A stretch of 61,608 nucleotides of DNA, filler included, from Stramenopiles sp. TOSAG23-3 (taxonomy: Eukaryota), in the NCBI GenBank assembly GCA_900128585.1. It is 14 parts of 14 records of this genome, joined end to end, with 100 filler letters (N's around TTAATTAATTAA, not from the genome) between each part and the next. Parts side by side here need not be neighbours in the genome. Positions count along the whole stretch, not along the records: positions 43,053 to 49,181 come from LT643379.1; positions 49,282 to 55,400 come from LT643380.1; 12 more parts are not named here. One strand, 5' to 3'. How positions within the stretch are numbered: position 1 is the stretch's first letter; the number at the start of each line of letters is the position of its first letter. The notes beneath the pieces are model-generated. The model was given only the letters and a program-made list of their open reading frames with translations. It was not told where the DNA came from and did not search any database. The position numbers were made by a program, and so were the translations under genes. This document shows positions 44,298-55,256 of the stretch, in pieces.

Positions 44298-46159
44298 TTA
44301 CGGTTTATTGTGGGTACCATCTCCCCAATATGGTGATCCTGGTCTTGGGGTCGCAGGAGCCGGGCGCGACGTTTCTTTGGGCAACGATGGGTCTAGTTTT
44401 ACTTGGACACGCGACCAGTGGTTTACACAGATCCCAAGAACGTTCCAGCCGTGGCTCATTCGCTCTGGCTGTACGTTGAAATCGCCATCGATGGCCTTGC
44501 AGCAAATTTCGACCTCCGACCTATTTCCGCTCGCCAGCTCGGCCTTGACATCTTCTGGCAGCTTAAGGACGGCCTCCCACTGCGTCCAGGCATGGTTTCG
44601 GCCTTGGCCAGCTTCCGGCGGGGGGTTGGAGCCTCGAGGGGCTGTCCTCAGCTCGCAGGCAGTGAACGTGTTCCCGCCATCAATGGAAACCTCCACGCGG
44701 CAGACGCCACGGCCGGCGCCCGACCAGGCCACGCCCTTCACTTCGATTTCGTCCAAATTTCCGGAGAGTGTCGTGCGGTTTCCAGGGACGCAAATAATGC
44801 TTTGGATGGGGAGCGTTTGGATAACCGGCCCTTGGTCGGTTCGCACCCTTTGCGCGCACGGGGTGCACCCTTTTCGCTCCGGGCAACGCTCCTCTGCGAC
44901 ATGCTCTTTGTGGGCCATCCACGAGATGTCCGGAGCAAAGTGGCGGTCCAAGCGCGAGCCACTGTCCAACTCGCTCGCCTCGTCGGTCAAGGCGATCGTT
45001 TGCACCCATTTCACGTTGCGGCACCCGGCGTGGCCCGGTGCGAGCAGCCGGATCGGGTACCCGTGGTCTCGCGGCAGCGTTTCCCCGTTCATTTCGTACG
45101 CCAATATCGCGTCCCCAAATGGTTCGCGTTAGCCGGCTTCTCCCCGAGCGCGACCGCGTCTACGTCCATGCCGCACTCGCGGAGGACGTCCCGAACCTTT
45201 ACGCCCACCCACTTGGCGTTCCCGATGGCCCCGTTCCTCCAGTGCGGGGCAACATACAAGGGGCGGTCGGAGGTCACGTAGTCCTCCTGGCGGTTCCCTG
45301 CGCACTGCAGCGCGGACACGACTTCGTGCCTTGGGAGGGCCTTCAGCTCTTTCAGCGTGAACTTTCTCGCCTTGATGCCGGCCTTCTCGTTCGCTTCAAC
45401 TTCTAACTCGTACTCTTCCTCCGGGATCACCGGCACGGCGTTGTGGTTCCGTACAAAAAAGAGGTCGTTCGGCGTGTAAAATGTTTCCACCAGGTCGGAC
45501 AAATCGCTGGGCTCACTATTCCACGGGTGCTGGCTGGGGATCCTCAGCTTGCCTTCCTCTGCCTTTGGCCGGACGGGATCGTTCGCGTACGCGCTGGAAA
45601 ACGTGGTCTCCTTTTTGATCGTCAAATAGTCGTCGGAGGTGAGGTTTCCGATACGGTACTCCTCGAGCAACGCGCGAATGTGCGGCCGGTCGTGCAGTTG
45701 GTAAATTCCCCAAAACTTAGACAAGTCTTGGCCATGGACCATCATGATTCGGTGGGCACCGCCAGGATGAGCATCGAGGAAGGGCGTGACGTCGTACACG
45801 CCCCCGTCCATCGCGACCCATACCCGCTCGTCCTGCCCGGCCCGGAAGACCTTCAAAGTCATAGTCGGCAACTTCGCGGCGGGGTGCCCTGGGGGTGCGG
45901 GGGTCTCGACGTCCGCATACACGGAGGCCGTCCTGGAATCGTTGGTGGCGAGGGCCAATGCCCCGAGTCCAGAAATCCCTATGGACCCTGCTGCTAACAT
46001 CCGATGAAACCGACTGCCCCCTTCGCCCCTGTTCTCCCCTTTAAACAGGCGCGCAGACAGCGCCCGACTATGACCGGAAAGCTCACGTTTCGGTGCCACG
46101 AGGCGCCCAAGACCACCTCCAACCCGTTGGGCCGCTCGGCGTTGCAATAGCCCAAACAT
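44298..46159 (-). pseudogene. SUOX: Mitochondrial-type sulfite oxidase (cyt b5, Moco and dimerisation domains), interrupted near 45120 by a deletion/frameshift (pseudogene or assembly error)
   Basis: Transit-like N-terminus, VYDVTPFLDAHPGG, FFVRNH, LQCAGNR and GAIGNAKWVG; then, in another frame, ILAYEMNGETLPRDHGYPIRLLAPGHAGCRNVKW and GVAWSGAGRGVCRVEVSIDGG. Confidence 0.85.
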
Positions 46160-47205
46160 TGAAATCGTTCAAACCGCGCTCGAAAAAAAAAAGAAACGAA
46201 AGCAAAGGGGTATGTACGTTTGGATTAACCCGTTCAACACTAACACCACCAATTCTTCCTTTCGTTTTCGTTAACAATTCCAATCCATTTGTAAGAATGT
46301 TTTACGGACCAAAAGCAATCCTTTCGGTATGTTCATCAACAAGAAGTCTCGCTGAAAGGTAATACAATGTAAACCTACGTAAACAAGCTAATATATGTAC
46401 ACACAATACAATACATTTACTTTGTAACAAATAATGTGTTTAACTGAATTGAAGTTATCCACTTTATAATTTAGTTGGCTTTTCGATTGTTGTCAATTAT
46501 TGTATTCTATATGATAGGATATAATTGTACTTAATAATTTGAATTTCTTTTTTTTTTTCTCTTTTTTTTTTTCTTCTTTTTTTTCTTCTTTCTCTTCTTT
46601 TTCTTTTTTTTTCTTCTTTTCTTTTTTTTCTTTCTCTTTTTCTTCTTCTTTTTTTATATATTATGATAGTATAATAATATTTTACCTATATAATATGTTT
46701 AATGAATATATTTTAAAAACCGTGTGTGTTATACTTGGTGGTGAAAGATGATAAAATAATAATAATTTATTATATAAAAGATTTTAACTGCTTCTGTATA
46801 TATTATTATTATTAATAGTAATTACAATGTATTAATACAATATAATAAAGAATCCATTTTTTTTCATCATTTTGTTGTTGTTTCTTTTCTTCTTCTTCTG
46901 ATGAAGGATTCTTTCTTCTTCTAGAAGAAGCCAATACTCTCATCTCAGCAGTATAATGTACATTATATTATTATAAATAGTCTAAAATGTACATTAAAAA
47001 TAATACTAATAATAAATAAATATTTGAACTAACCTCCCTTGTCCGTCGTCCTTGAGAGAGAAAGACGGTTATTTATTGACATTTTATTTTTGTTTATACT
47101 CATATTATACTTTGTAAGTTACGAAGTGAGAATGTTTTGGTCGTACAAATTCATCCTCGCTTCTTGCCTGACTTCTTCCTTTTACAACGTGAGCATAGAA
47201 GAAGA

Positions 47206-48363
47206 ATGGTGTGGTGGCGACGGTTTTTCCTACTGGTTGTCCTGTTTTTCGATGGCGCCGCGCCGTTTCCAATCGCCCAAGAGTACAACGATAAGTCCCC
47301 TTACTTTTTTGCGCCATTGCCGAAAAACCCAAATAGATTCGCCTGTGAGTCGGAGAGCAACAAAATAGCGCCCCGGTGCAACACAAAGAAGAACTACCGA
47401 ACAGGAAGTTTGTTTGATGACGGCTTGAAGCAGTCAGACGAAGCAAAGACAAAGGCCTACCTGGAACAGTACCGGAAGGAAAAGGCGAAAGGGGTAAGCG
47501 TAGAAAGCATGGAACTCACCATTGCGCCTCCCCATTTTCCACTGCTCGACGAGCGAGACAAGCTGGACGCTCACGACATAGGCTGCAAAGTGTTGACGGA
47601 TCGGCTCTTCTTTGACGTGAACAAGCTGCGCAATGTCACCGTTTTGGATGTCGGTTGTGGTTTTGGAACGTTTGTTCGATGCCTGATTAAAACGTTCGGG
47701 CCCAACCGCATTCAGAAATACGTAGGGGTATCAATGAATCAGCCAGAGCTGACCTTGGCGAAGCAGATCATGGCGGATTGGGGCGTCTTGCGGGAAGACC
47801 AGTACGACTTTCGTATCATGGATATGAACGAGTTGGACAAAAATTTCAAGCCCAACACGTTCGATTATGTTTTCAACCGAGAAAGCTTCGTCTACGCAAA
47901 TTCTCCAGAAATGTATTTGAAGCACGTGTACAGTATTTTGAAGCCTGGGGGAGCGCTGCGAATGATCGCGGGGTTTTTGAGGCGAAGCAAACTGACATTT
48001 GCGGAAGGGGAGCTTCTGGAACAACTTTATGGAAATGATAAGATAATGGGGAAGGACAACCCCTGTTGCGTCCTTTCTGTATCCGAAATGAGGCTATACC
48101 TGATCGAGGCTGGGTACAAATTTGACATGCTGGAGGACTTGGCACCGTACATAAAACCGACGCTGGAAAGGGTGTTGAAAATGTACTACGAAGCAAAGGC
48201 CGATGCCGACGACCCCCATAAATTAAATGTGATGGAGAAGGGCTTTGCCGTCAACTTTGCACAGTCTCAGATGGGAGGTTTGTTGTCCATGTTTTTTGTC
48301 AGTGGTACGAAGGCTAGCGATTTAACGCCTGTCCGACACAACAACCTCTTGCGTGGGGTATGA
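47206..48363 (+). CDS. Class I SAM-dependent methyltransferase with an N-terminal signal-like sequence
   Basis: VLDVGCGFG (motif I), FDYVFNRESFVY and ILKPGGAL motifs; N-terminus MVWWRRFFLLVVLFFDGAAP. Confidence 0.85.
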   Translation: MVWWRRFFLLVVLFFDGAAPFPIAQEYNDKSPYFFAPLPKNPNRFACESESNKIAPRCNTKKNYRTGSLFDDGLKQSDEAKTKAYLEQYRKEKAKGVSVESMELTIAPPHFPLLDERDKLDAHDIGCKVLTDRLFFDVNKLRNVTVLDVGCGFGTFVRCLIKTFGPNRIQKYVGVSMNQPELTLAKQIMADWGVLREDQYDFRIMDMNELDKNFKPNTFDYVFNRESFVYANSPEMYLKHVYSILKPGGALRMIAGFLRRSKLTFAEGELLEQLYGNDKIMGKDNPCCVLSVSEMRLYLIEAGYKFDMLEDLAPYIKPTLERVLKMYYEAKADADDPHKLNVMEKGFAVNFAQSQMGGLLSMFFVSGTKASDLTPVRHNNLLRGV

Positions 48364-49855
48364 GAGGACGTCGTGTCTCTCAACGCCTCAAAGCGAAAAT
48401 GTTATTATTATCGTCGTCTTATAATTATATTATATTAATAAAAAATAAGAAAATTGGCTGTTATATATTTAAGTAATTAAATTAAAAACAAGAAAATTGG
48501 CTGTTACCTTGGTACCTCCTAGAACCCTAATTTGTGCCCCCTCCCTAATTTGTATTTTAGCGGCAACTTTAGAATTTTAAATGTGTTTCATTCAATTTCT
48601 CCCCATTTTCGTTAGGATATTCGTGCTCTACTAAAAAATTGTAGTTCGAATATTTCTTTACAACTTTATTATTTATTTATTTTCAACATGAAAAGGACCC
48701 CCTGAAAGCCACTTTTTACTGAAAATTGGCGGCAACTTTTTCTACGCTTTCTTTTAAACAACCAAACGTTCTCATGGCGCACGCGCAGCGGCGCCCATCG
48801 TCACCAGTACGTTCTGAAGCACCGAATAGAGCCAACAATCAAGGGGAAACTCTCAGTAGAAGTGGTAGAAATGCACGTTCTGCGGCTGCCTCCGGCAGCC
48901 CGTTTTGGTGGCAAAAGCTCCCTGAAGAACGAATGCTTTGATTCTCATCGTAGAGCACACTAGTCTTTTATGGAAGACACTTTTTTTCTAAATAGAATTT
49001 TTCTGGAAATTTGTGTTATTTTCGATTCTCTGTATCTGTAATACATATACATAGCATAGCTTTAAAAAAAGTTACCGATTTTGAAGAAAATCGATAATTT
49101 CTAATAAATAAAAGATGAGAGCTAGGAGAGAAAATAATATAGAAATAGTATTGTTATTCCCTTTTTTTTCTTTCTTTTTTTNNNNNNNNNNNNNNNNNNN
49201 NNNNNNNNNNNNNNNNNNNNNNNNNTTAATTAATTAANNNNNNNNNNNNNNNNNNNNNNNNNNNNNNNNNNNNNNNNNNNNATAGAGAAGAAGCTTCTTC
49301 TATCATCTTCTTTTTTTTTTCTTCAACAATCTTTTTAATAAAGGTGCGTACCGTAGGTATGTGTGAGAAGAACTGGTATGGTATTTCGGCCGTACCCATA
49401 ATTTAAAATTTTAAGTATTTATTAAATAAAAGGTAAATTTACTTCTAAATATAATACATTTTGTTGTTCTTTTTTATTAATGACATCAGGTACACAGTAT
49501 CCTTATTTAAAGAGAAGAAGAAAGTTCTTCTTTTTTTCTTTATAGTGTACAATATACTTTCATTGCTGTGTTCATATTATACAACAACGATTCGATTAAA
49601 AATTAACACTACTTATTACTTATTACTAGTATTAAATTCAGAGGACAATAGGCAGATGCATTAGATGTATTATATGTAAATATTGGAAGATAAAAATAAT
49701 TATTTTGAAAGTTCTTTTAATATGGTAATAGTATAGGGGAGGATTTTTGAAAAAACAACCTCCACGAAAATATGATGATGATGATGATGATAAATTATTC
49801 TAATATATTATTTACTCACTATTATATTAATTGAATCTTGAATTTCTTCATCATT

Positions 49856-49887
<32 letters not shown>

Positions 49888-49971
49888 ATACGATTGGAAA
49901 TAGATAGAAATCAATCGTTATTTCTTATTCTTCCTTTTGAATACAAGTTTGCGAATGCATTAATATTGGCG

Positions 49972-52900
49972 ATGCCTAGTTTCAGAGTGAAAAATGGCTT
50001 ATCTTTTGGGGGGTCCTTGGTGGTTTTCGTAGCGCTTTTGCTTCGAGCGAAGGGAGGTGAGCTGATGGGAAATTGGACAAACTCGTCGCTTTGTCTGAAT
50101 AATACTAATATGCACAACGAGACTTGTCTGAACGGGGGGGTGGCACTGGGAGAAAACAAAACAAATTGTTCGTGTGCTTGCCCCACTGGTTTCACAGATA
50201 GAACGTGCTCCACGCTACCCTCAAATCGCACTTACCATTGTAAAATGGAATTCGTGTGGAATAATTCTTACAACTCTGCAGTAGACCCGGAGCATTTGAT
50301 TGGCCAATACGTCTGCAAAGGTTGCAATGATGGGTTTGTCGTAAAAGATGGGACTGTAGTTACGGACATAGATGGGAACCCATTGCTACCCCCAAAGCAC
50401 CCAGTAAAACGGAATACAAGTATCAACAACATTACGCAGAATTCCTACAACAACATAACGCAGAATACCTCTCTGAATTCTTCTTCTGCTGTGGAGCGTT
50501 TGTTAAATGGAACGTACGAATGTGTGCCATGCAAAATTAAGGAAGATTATGCCCGCACACAATATACCCTTTCAAATGCATCAAACGCAACAATTTTTTC
50601 AAAAAGCCACTACCACTTTTACGAGAAAAAAAGGAACAACTCAAATGTTTCATTGCCCTTCTCGTGCAGTACGTGCGATTACGTCCGCCTCGTAAAAATT
50701 CCATACAATGTAACGACGTCGAACAAAACGGGTTGGGCCCGGCATGAAAATGCGACCAAAGTCTCTAATGCAGCAGTGGTGTTGTGGGGGCTAGAAGATC
50801 TCCTAAGGCCGGTGCGTCTGAGTAACAACTCGAAGGGAAATTGCGCCGGGAGAAACGAACTGCAGCTAAATGCAACAAACTGCACGCGGACTCCAGAAAT
50901 TTACTCGGTGCATGAGTTTAACTGGAATTGTGCCACCCCCAATATTACAAACAACACTGAACACGAGGAATACTGGTTTCATTATTTAAAAGCTTGCCCA
51001 GCGTGCATTGCATACCAATCATCTTGCGAAAGCAAGAATCACTTTCTTTACGGACAATGCATGTGCGATATGGGTTGCGGGGAAGAAAATATGTACCAAC
51101 TCGGTCGGTGCGTATACGCAAAAGGTAATTATGATACAAGTAACGAGCTACTCCGCAATTATTACAACACGACGTTTATGCAAGGCCTTTACTATGACAA
51201 TGGAAAAGAAAAACTGGTTTGCAAACGGTGCCCACCCTTTACTGCTTTTGCAGGGGACTTCACCTTCACTTCCGACTGTGTTGTGAATACAATTGTGATA
51301 AGGTTGTTCTGGAGTTTTTTGTTGATTTCCGGCTATTACATCATGCGAAATGGGGCAAAACACGTCCACAAGCTGTACAATGGGCGTGGCATATGGCAAG
51401 GATACTACGCAGCAATACACTTCGAAGAAGGACGCCTATGGGCCAACCGGTACAAGACTTTTTACAAACTAGTATGGCTCCACGACGAAGGTTATTTCGT
51501 TTGCCTCTGTTTACTTCGCTCATTGTTTTTGACGCCTTTTGTTGCGATTCCAAAGGTGGTTCGTGGGGAAGGAAGCGAGATCGGCCTTTACCCCCTTGTT
51601 ACCATATTTTATGCGCTCGTCGCTTCTGTTGACGTGTACTTGGTCCCAGAGCTAGTATTGATGACGTTGACGCACGCCATTCGAACTGGTTTACCGAACA
51701 ACCACTATAGACTACACTTAATCAAGTACTTGCACGAAGAAATGGATTTTAGCTACCGGCTCCCTCGGGTGGTGCTGGTAGCGCTATCTTTCATGGGACC
51801 TATTTCCCTTCTCTTGTTTACGTCTTCGGCGTACCAAGCACAAACCGTCATTATCCCATTCACTTACCAGAAAGTGCTTGTCGAAGTATACCACGTATAT
51901 GTCCGAATCCATTCTCTTGCAACCATTTCATTGTTTGTTGGAGTGACGATGTTGTCCTTGGTCCGGTACCATCTAAAAGTAAGGAATTTTAAAAAACTTG
52001 TAGAGGCAGATTGCTATAAAGAACGGCATAAAGTGGAGACAGGACGACGCCGTGCCATGATTGAAGCGGCTTATACTTTCGAAATTAGTTTGTGCATGAA
52101 TGTGTATGTGTTTGTTTGCTTGCTAGGGTGCTGGTATTTTGGTCTCGTGTTTTCAAACGCAATGAGAGTGCATATTGCTTACGGTATTGCGCCAATGTCT
52201 CTTGGCGTTGATTTGCTTATTTTATACCTTTTCGACAAAGCTTGTTTCGGTTACCCGAGAAGGCTAAATTCACCCGTTTCTAGGCGTTACATCAAAGTTG
52301 GTGCCAACCTCAAAGGTTTCCAGGACAATATAGAACTGACACAAGTTGGAAATATCAACGTGTTTAAAGAGCTTAATAAGGAAATTGCAGCTAAGGGTAC
52401 CGAAGAGCCACCTGCCAAACTATCGTGGTGGTGTTATTTACCATGCTGCGCCCCCTGCAGGCCAAAAGAGAAGATACATGTGGTCTCGACGGCACTTGGT
52501 GGGGATACAAACGCTGCGGCGACGGAGCGTGCTGAAAAAGCTTTCAAAGCAATGGGGCTGGGTGACAAAGACGTCGGGCAGTTTTACACCCTGTACCGAA
52601 AAATGGACAAAGACAACGGTGGCTCGATAGACATACAAGAATTTTACAGATATTTTCGCCTGCAGAGAAGTCCATTTTGCGACCGGGTGTTTCAAGTTAT
52701 GGATGGAGATGGATCCAAGGAGTTAGACTTTGTTGAATTCGTCGTCTCGTTGTGGAATTTTTGTTCGTTAAACAAAGGCGGGCTCATACTGTTCGCGTTC
52801 ACCCTGTATGATGTGGATGACTCTGGGGAGTTAGAAGGCAACGAAATGATGCTTTTGATTAAAGAAATATACGGACAGCACGCTGAGGTTAGCTCGCGTG

Positions 52901-53202
52901 TGACAAAGTTGCTGAAACAAATAGATGCATCGGGTGATGGAACCGTACAGATTCATGAGTTCATCAGGGCTTGCAAACGGCATGGGCAAATTTTACAACC
53001 TGCCCACTCGGTACAAGAGTACCTACAGCAAAAAAGTTTTGGTATGAAATTTTGGAAGGATTGTATAAAGAAGCGCCAGATTTCAAGCATGGGGTTCTCA
53101 CAAGATTCTTTGAAAGCATTTCTAAAAGACATGGACTTTTTGCGGAGATCCGAGCAAGAGGGTGCTGTCAGAGTCCCCGTTGCACCATCCTTTGCAACGT
53201 AA
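49972..53202 (+). CDS. Receptor-like protein: signal peptide, EGF/Cys-rich N-glycosylated ectodomain, ~7 TM segments, calcineurin-B-like four-EF-hand domain (1076 aa)
   Basis: Signal GSLVVFVALLLRAKG; EGF-like CLNGG...CACPTGFTDRTC; many NxS/T sequons; seven hydrophobic segments; EF loops DKDNGGSIDIQE, DGDGSKELDFVE, DVDDSGELEGNE and DASGDGTVQIHE. Confidence 0.85.
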   Translation: MPSFRVKNGLSFGGSLVVFVALLLRAKGGELMGNWTNSSLCLNNTNMHNETCLNGGVALGENKTNCSCACPTGFTDRTCSTLPSNRTYHCKMEFVWNNSYNSAVDPEHLIGQYVCKGCNDGFVVKDGTVVTDIDGNPLLPPKHPVKRNTSINNITQNSYNNITQNTSLNSSSAVERLLNGTYECVPCKIKEDYARTQYTLSNASNATIFSKSHYHFYEKKRNNSNVSLPFSCSTCDYVRLVKIPYNVTTSNKTGWARHENATKVSNAAVVLWGLEDLLRPVRLSNNSKGNCAGRNELQLNATNCTRTPEIYSVHEFNWNCATPNITNNTEHEEYWFHYLKACPACIAYQSSCESKNHFLYGQCMCDMGCGEENMYQLGRCVYAKGNYDTSNELLRNYYNTTFMQGLYYDNGKEKLVCKRCPPFTAFAGDFTFTSDCVVNTIVIRLFWSFLLISGYYIMRNGAKHVHKLYNGRGIWQGYYAAIHFEEGRLWANRYKTFYKLVWLHDEGYFVCLCLLRSLFLTPFVAIPKVVRGEGSEIGLYPLVTIFYALVASVDVYLVPELVLMTLTHAIRTGLPNNHYRLHLIKYLHEEMDFSYRLPRVVLVALSFMGPISLLLFTSSAYQAQTVIIPFTYQKVLVEVYHVYVRIHSLATISLFVGVTMLSLVRYHLKVRNFKKLVEADCYKERHKVETGRRRAMIEAAYTFEISLCMNVYVFVCLLGCWYFGLVFSNAMRVHIAYGIAPMSLGVDLLILYLFDKACFGYPRRLNSPVSRRYIKVGANLKGFQDNIELTQVGNINVFKELNKEIAAKGTEEPPAKLSWWCYLPCCAPCRPKEKIHVVSTALGGDTNAAATERAEKAFKAMGLGDKDVGQFYTLYRKMDKDNGGSIDIQEFYRYFRLQRSPFCDRVFQVMDGDGSKELDFVEFVVSLWNFCSLNKGGLILFAFTLYDVDDSGELEGNEMMLLIKEIYGQHAEVSSRVTKLLKQIDASGDGTVQIHEFIRACKRHGQILQPAHSVQEYLQQKSFGMKFWKDCIKKRQISSMGFSQDSLKAFLKDMDFLRRSEQEGAVRVPVAPSFAT

Positions 53203-53268
53203 CCGCGATTAAGTTTTCAAAATTAAAAAAAAACGTTTATGTACTAAAAATGCACCTTGTTTTTTTTT

Positions 53269-53380
53269 AAAACAAGTTCATTGGCTGTTTTTTTTTCTTT
53301 TAAAAAAACAAATTATATACATGGTACACGAGGAAGATAAGTTTTAATTACTTGAATAACAGCCAAATTTTTGTTTTTAA
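53269..53380. repeat. Short two-ended copy of the gene-3'-end repeat between convergent genes
   Basis: aaaacaagttcattggctgttt...ggtacacgaggaagataagttttaatt...aataacagccaaatttttgttttt. Confidence 0.75.
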
Positions 53381-53385
53381 GAGAA

Positions 53386-54864
53386 TTAGTACCTTTGGAA
53401 AAGAATCGCACTAGCTTTGGCGTCTGGGTCTTCATCCGAATCGATGTCCTCACTTTCACTATCATCATCGCTCTCTGCTTTCTTTTTCTTTTCCCTCAAA
53501 AACTCCTTTCCCAACCCTCCAAAGCTATCTGCGACTTCGGACATTTCTCTTTTCCTCGCTTCCTTCGCTGCCCACCGTTTTTCCAGGCGCTTTATATCAC
53601 GCTCCCATTCGTGGTGCCAGACCCGCAATCCACACTCAGGGCAACCCTGGGTTCCAAACGGAGGCTTCGTCAAACACTTGTTTAAGCACTTATGGTGCCA
53701 CCAGTGACTGCAATACACACGCCTGGCACGATTTTTGTTGTCTTTGGAAAAAACTTGGGCAGCTTTCGATGGATCGTCTGGCAACAACATTTTTTGACAA
53801 CCTTGACATGGTTCTAATGGTAATCTCGTGACAAAATGGTTTGCTACAAAATCTATGATGGCTCCCACGTGGTGCGTTGGCCCATTTCCATCTGCCATTG
53901 CTCGAACAAGTTTAGCATCGATGGCTGCTTGCTGGGCCTCTGCCTCTGCCTTCCAATTCAATTCTTTCGCCATTTCACTTTTTGCCAACTTTCGCAACTC
54001 TCGGCGGGCTGCTTTACGGGTCGCGTTGTCGTGTTGAAAGAACTGGTTTCGTTTTCCCTTGTCGGCATTAACAGTTTTCAACTGGTCCACTTTCTTCAAA
54101 AATTTAACATCCCGCTTCAGTTGATTTGCCAGCTCGTTTGTTATTTTAATCTCCTGCTTCTTCGACGGCAAAGGTGGGACTTTCTCCGGTCTCGACGCCA
54201 TCAGGGCTTCCTCGACGGAGTACCCGTTGCAGCACTTTCGGACGATTTCTCTCGTCTGCATCAAATACACTTGAACAACCTTTTTTGGAAACGTGGATTT
54301 GATCAATTTTACCTCGCACCCTTCTTCTGGGTAACGATCGGGGACAAGAAAATCTAGAACCGAAGAATATTTCCCGTGTGTGAGTTTCATGCGGCAGTGG
54401 CCTGTCTTTTCGTTAATATTAAATTCTGAACACTTTTTGCCCAACTCTTTCTTTGCTTTTCGTATTTCGTGAATGCAACAGAGCAGTTTGTTTTCCTCAA
54501 CGATGCCTTTTATAAAATTTATGATCTGCAAGAGAACGTTCTGGGTTCCACCAGCCGCGTTCCCGCCAGTCTTTGCCATTTCCTCACACTTCGATTGCAG
54601 CTTTTTCAAAACTCCAGGAGCCACAGAGACGGACGAAAGTTCGGGGATAACCCCGCTGGTTGGGTAAGTCGTTGCCCGTACGTAAATTTTCAAACCAATT
54701 CTTCTGAAAGGTCCATTTTTAAACCTACAATCTATGACGTCCTCTCTACATAAAATTAGTTCATCGCTTGCTAGTCCACATTTCTTTACTCCCAGCACGT
54801 GATTCTTTAGTGCCGCCAAAGCTTTCGCTTCCTCGTATTCCTTTCCTGACAGCAAACTGGTCAT
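53386..54864 (-). CDS. RWD-like plus RING-H2-like zinc-finger protein (putative E3 ligase)
   Basis: RWD-like motifs YPTSGVIPELS and LVPDRYPEEG; C-terminal CQGC...CSHWWHHKC...CPEC. Confidence 0.75.
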   Translation of the reverse strand: MTSLLSGKEYEEAKALAALKNHVLGVKKCGLASDELILCREDVIDCRFKNGPFRRIGLKIYVRATTYPTSGVIPELSSVSVAPGVLKKLQSKCEEMAKTGGNAAGGTQNVLLQIINFIKGIVEENKLLCCIHEIRKAKKELGKKCSEFNINEKTGHCRMKLTHGKYSSVLDFLVPDRYPEEGCEVKLIKSTFPKKVVQVYLMQTREIVRKCCNGYSVEEALMASRPEKVPPLPSKKQEIKITNELANQLKRDVKFLKKVDQLKTVNADKGKRNQFFQHDNATRKAARRELRKLAKSEMAKELNWKAEAEAQQAAIDAKLVRAMADGNGPTHHVGAIIDFVANHFVTRLPLEPCQGCQKMLLPDDPSKAAQVFSKDNKNRARRVYCSHWWHHKCLNKCLTKPPFGTQGCPECGLRVWHHEWERDIKRLEKRWAAKEARKREMSEVADSFGGLGKEFLREKKKKAESDDDSESEDIDSDEDPDAKASAILFQRY

Positions 54865-55256
54865 TTTAATGCCATTGATCTAGTAGCTCAAAACGAATCT
54901 ATCGCTTACTGTTAATATCACTGCATCAAATTCCATTCTCTACATCTGAATTGTTTAATCCTTTTGAATTAATAGTCGCCTAGTATACAAAATATACAAT
55001 GTAATGTATGTATGAGTAATAAAATGTGTGCGAATGTTGTTTCTTCGTTTGTTCTTCTTCTTATTATTATTATTATTATTTTTTTTTTATTTTTATATTG
55101 GTAATAGAGGAGAGAGTACTAATACCGGGTACCAGGTATATAGGTACCAGGTACCGTGTAGTTAGTATAATTGTCGTCTATTAACTACTAAAATAAAAAA
55201 ATTATTTATTTTTATTGAATTATTTTAATAAATAGATATATTTTTATTGATTATTC

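Noticed and set aside
48520-48552. aaccctaa telomere/telobox-like words
   Set aside because: Only one or two isolated units, not an array, and too short to support a call.
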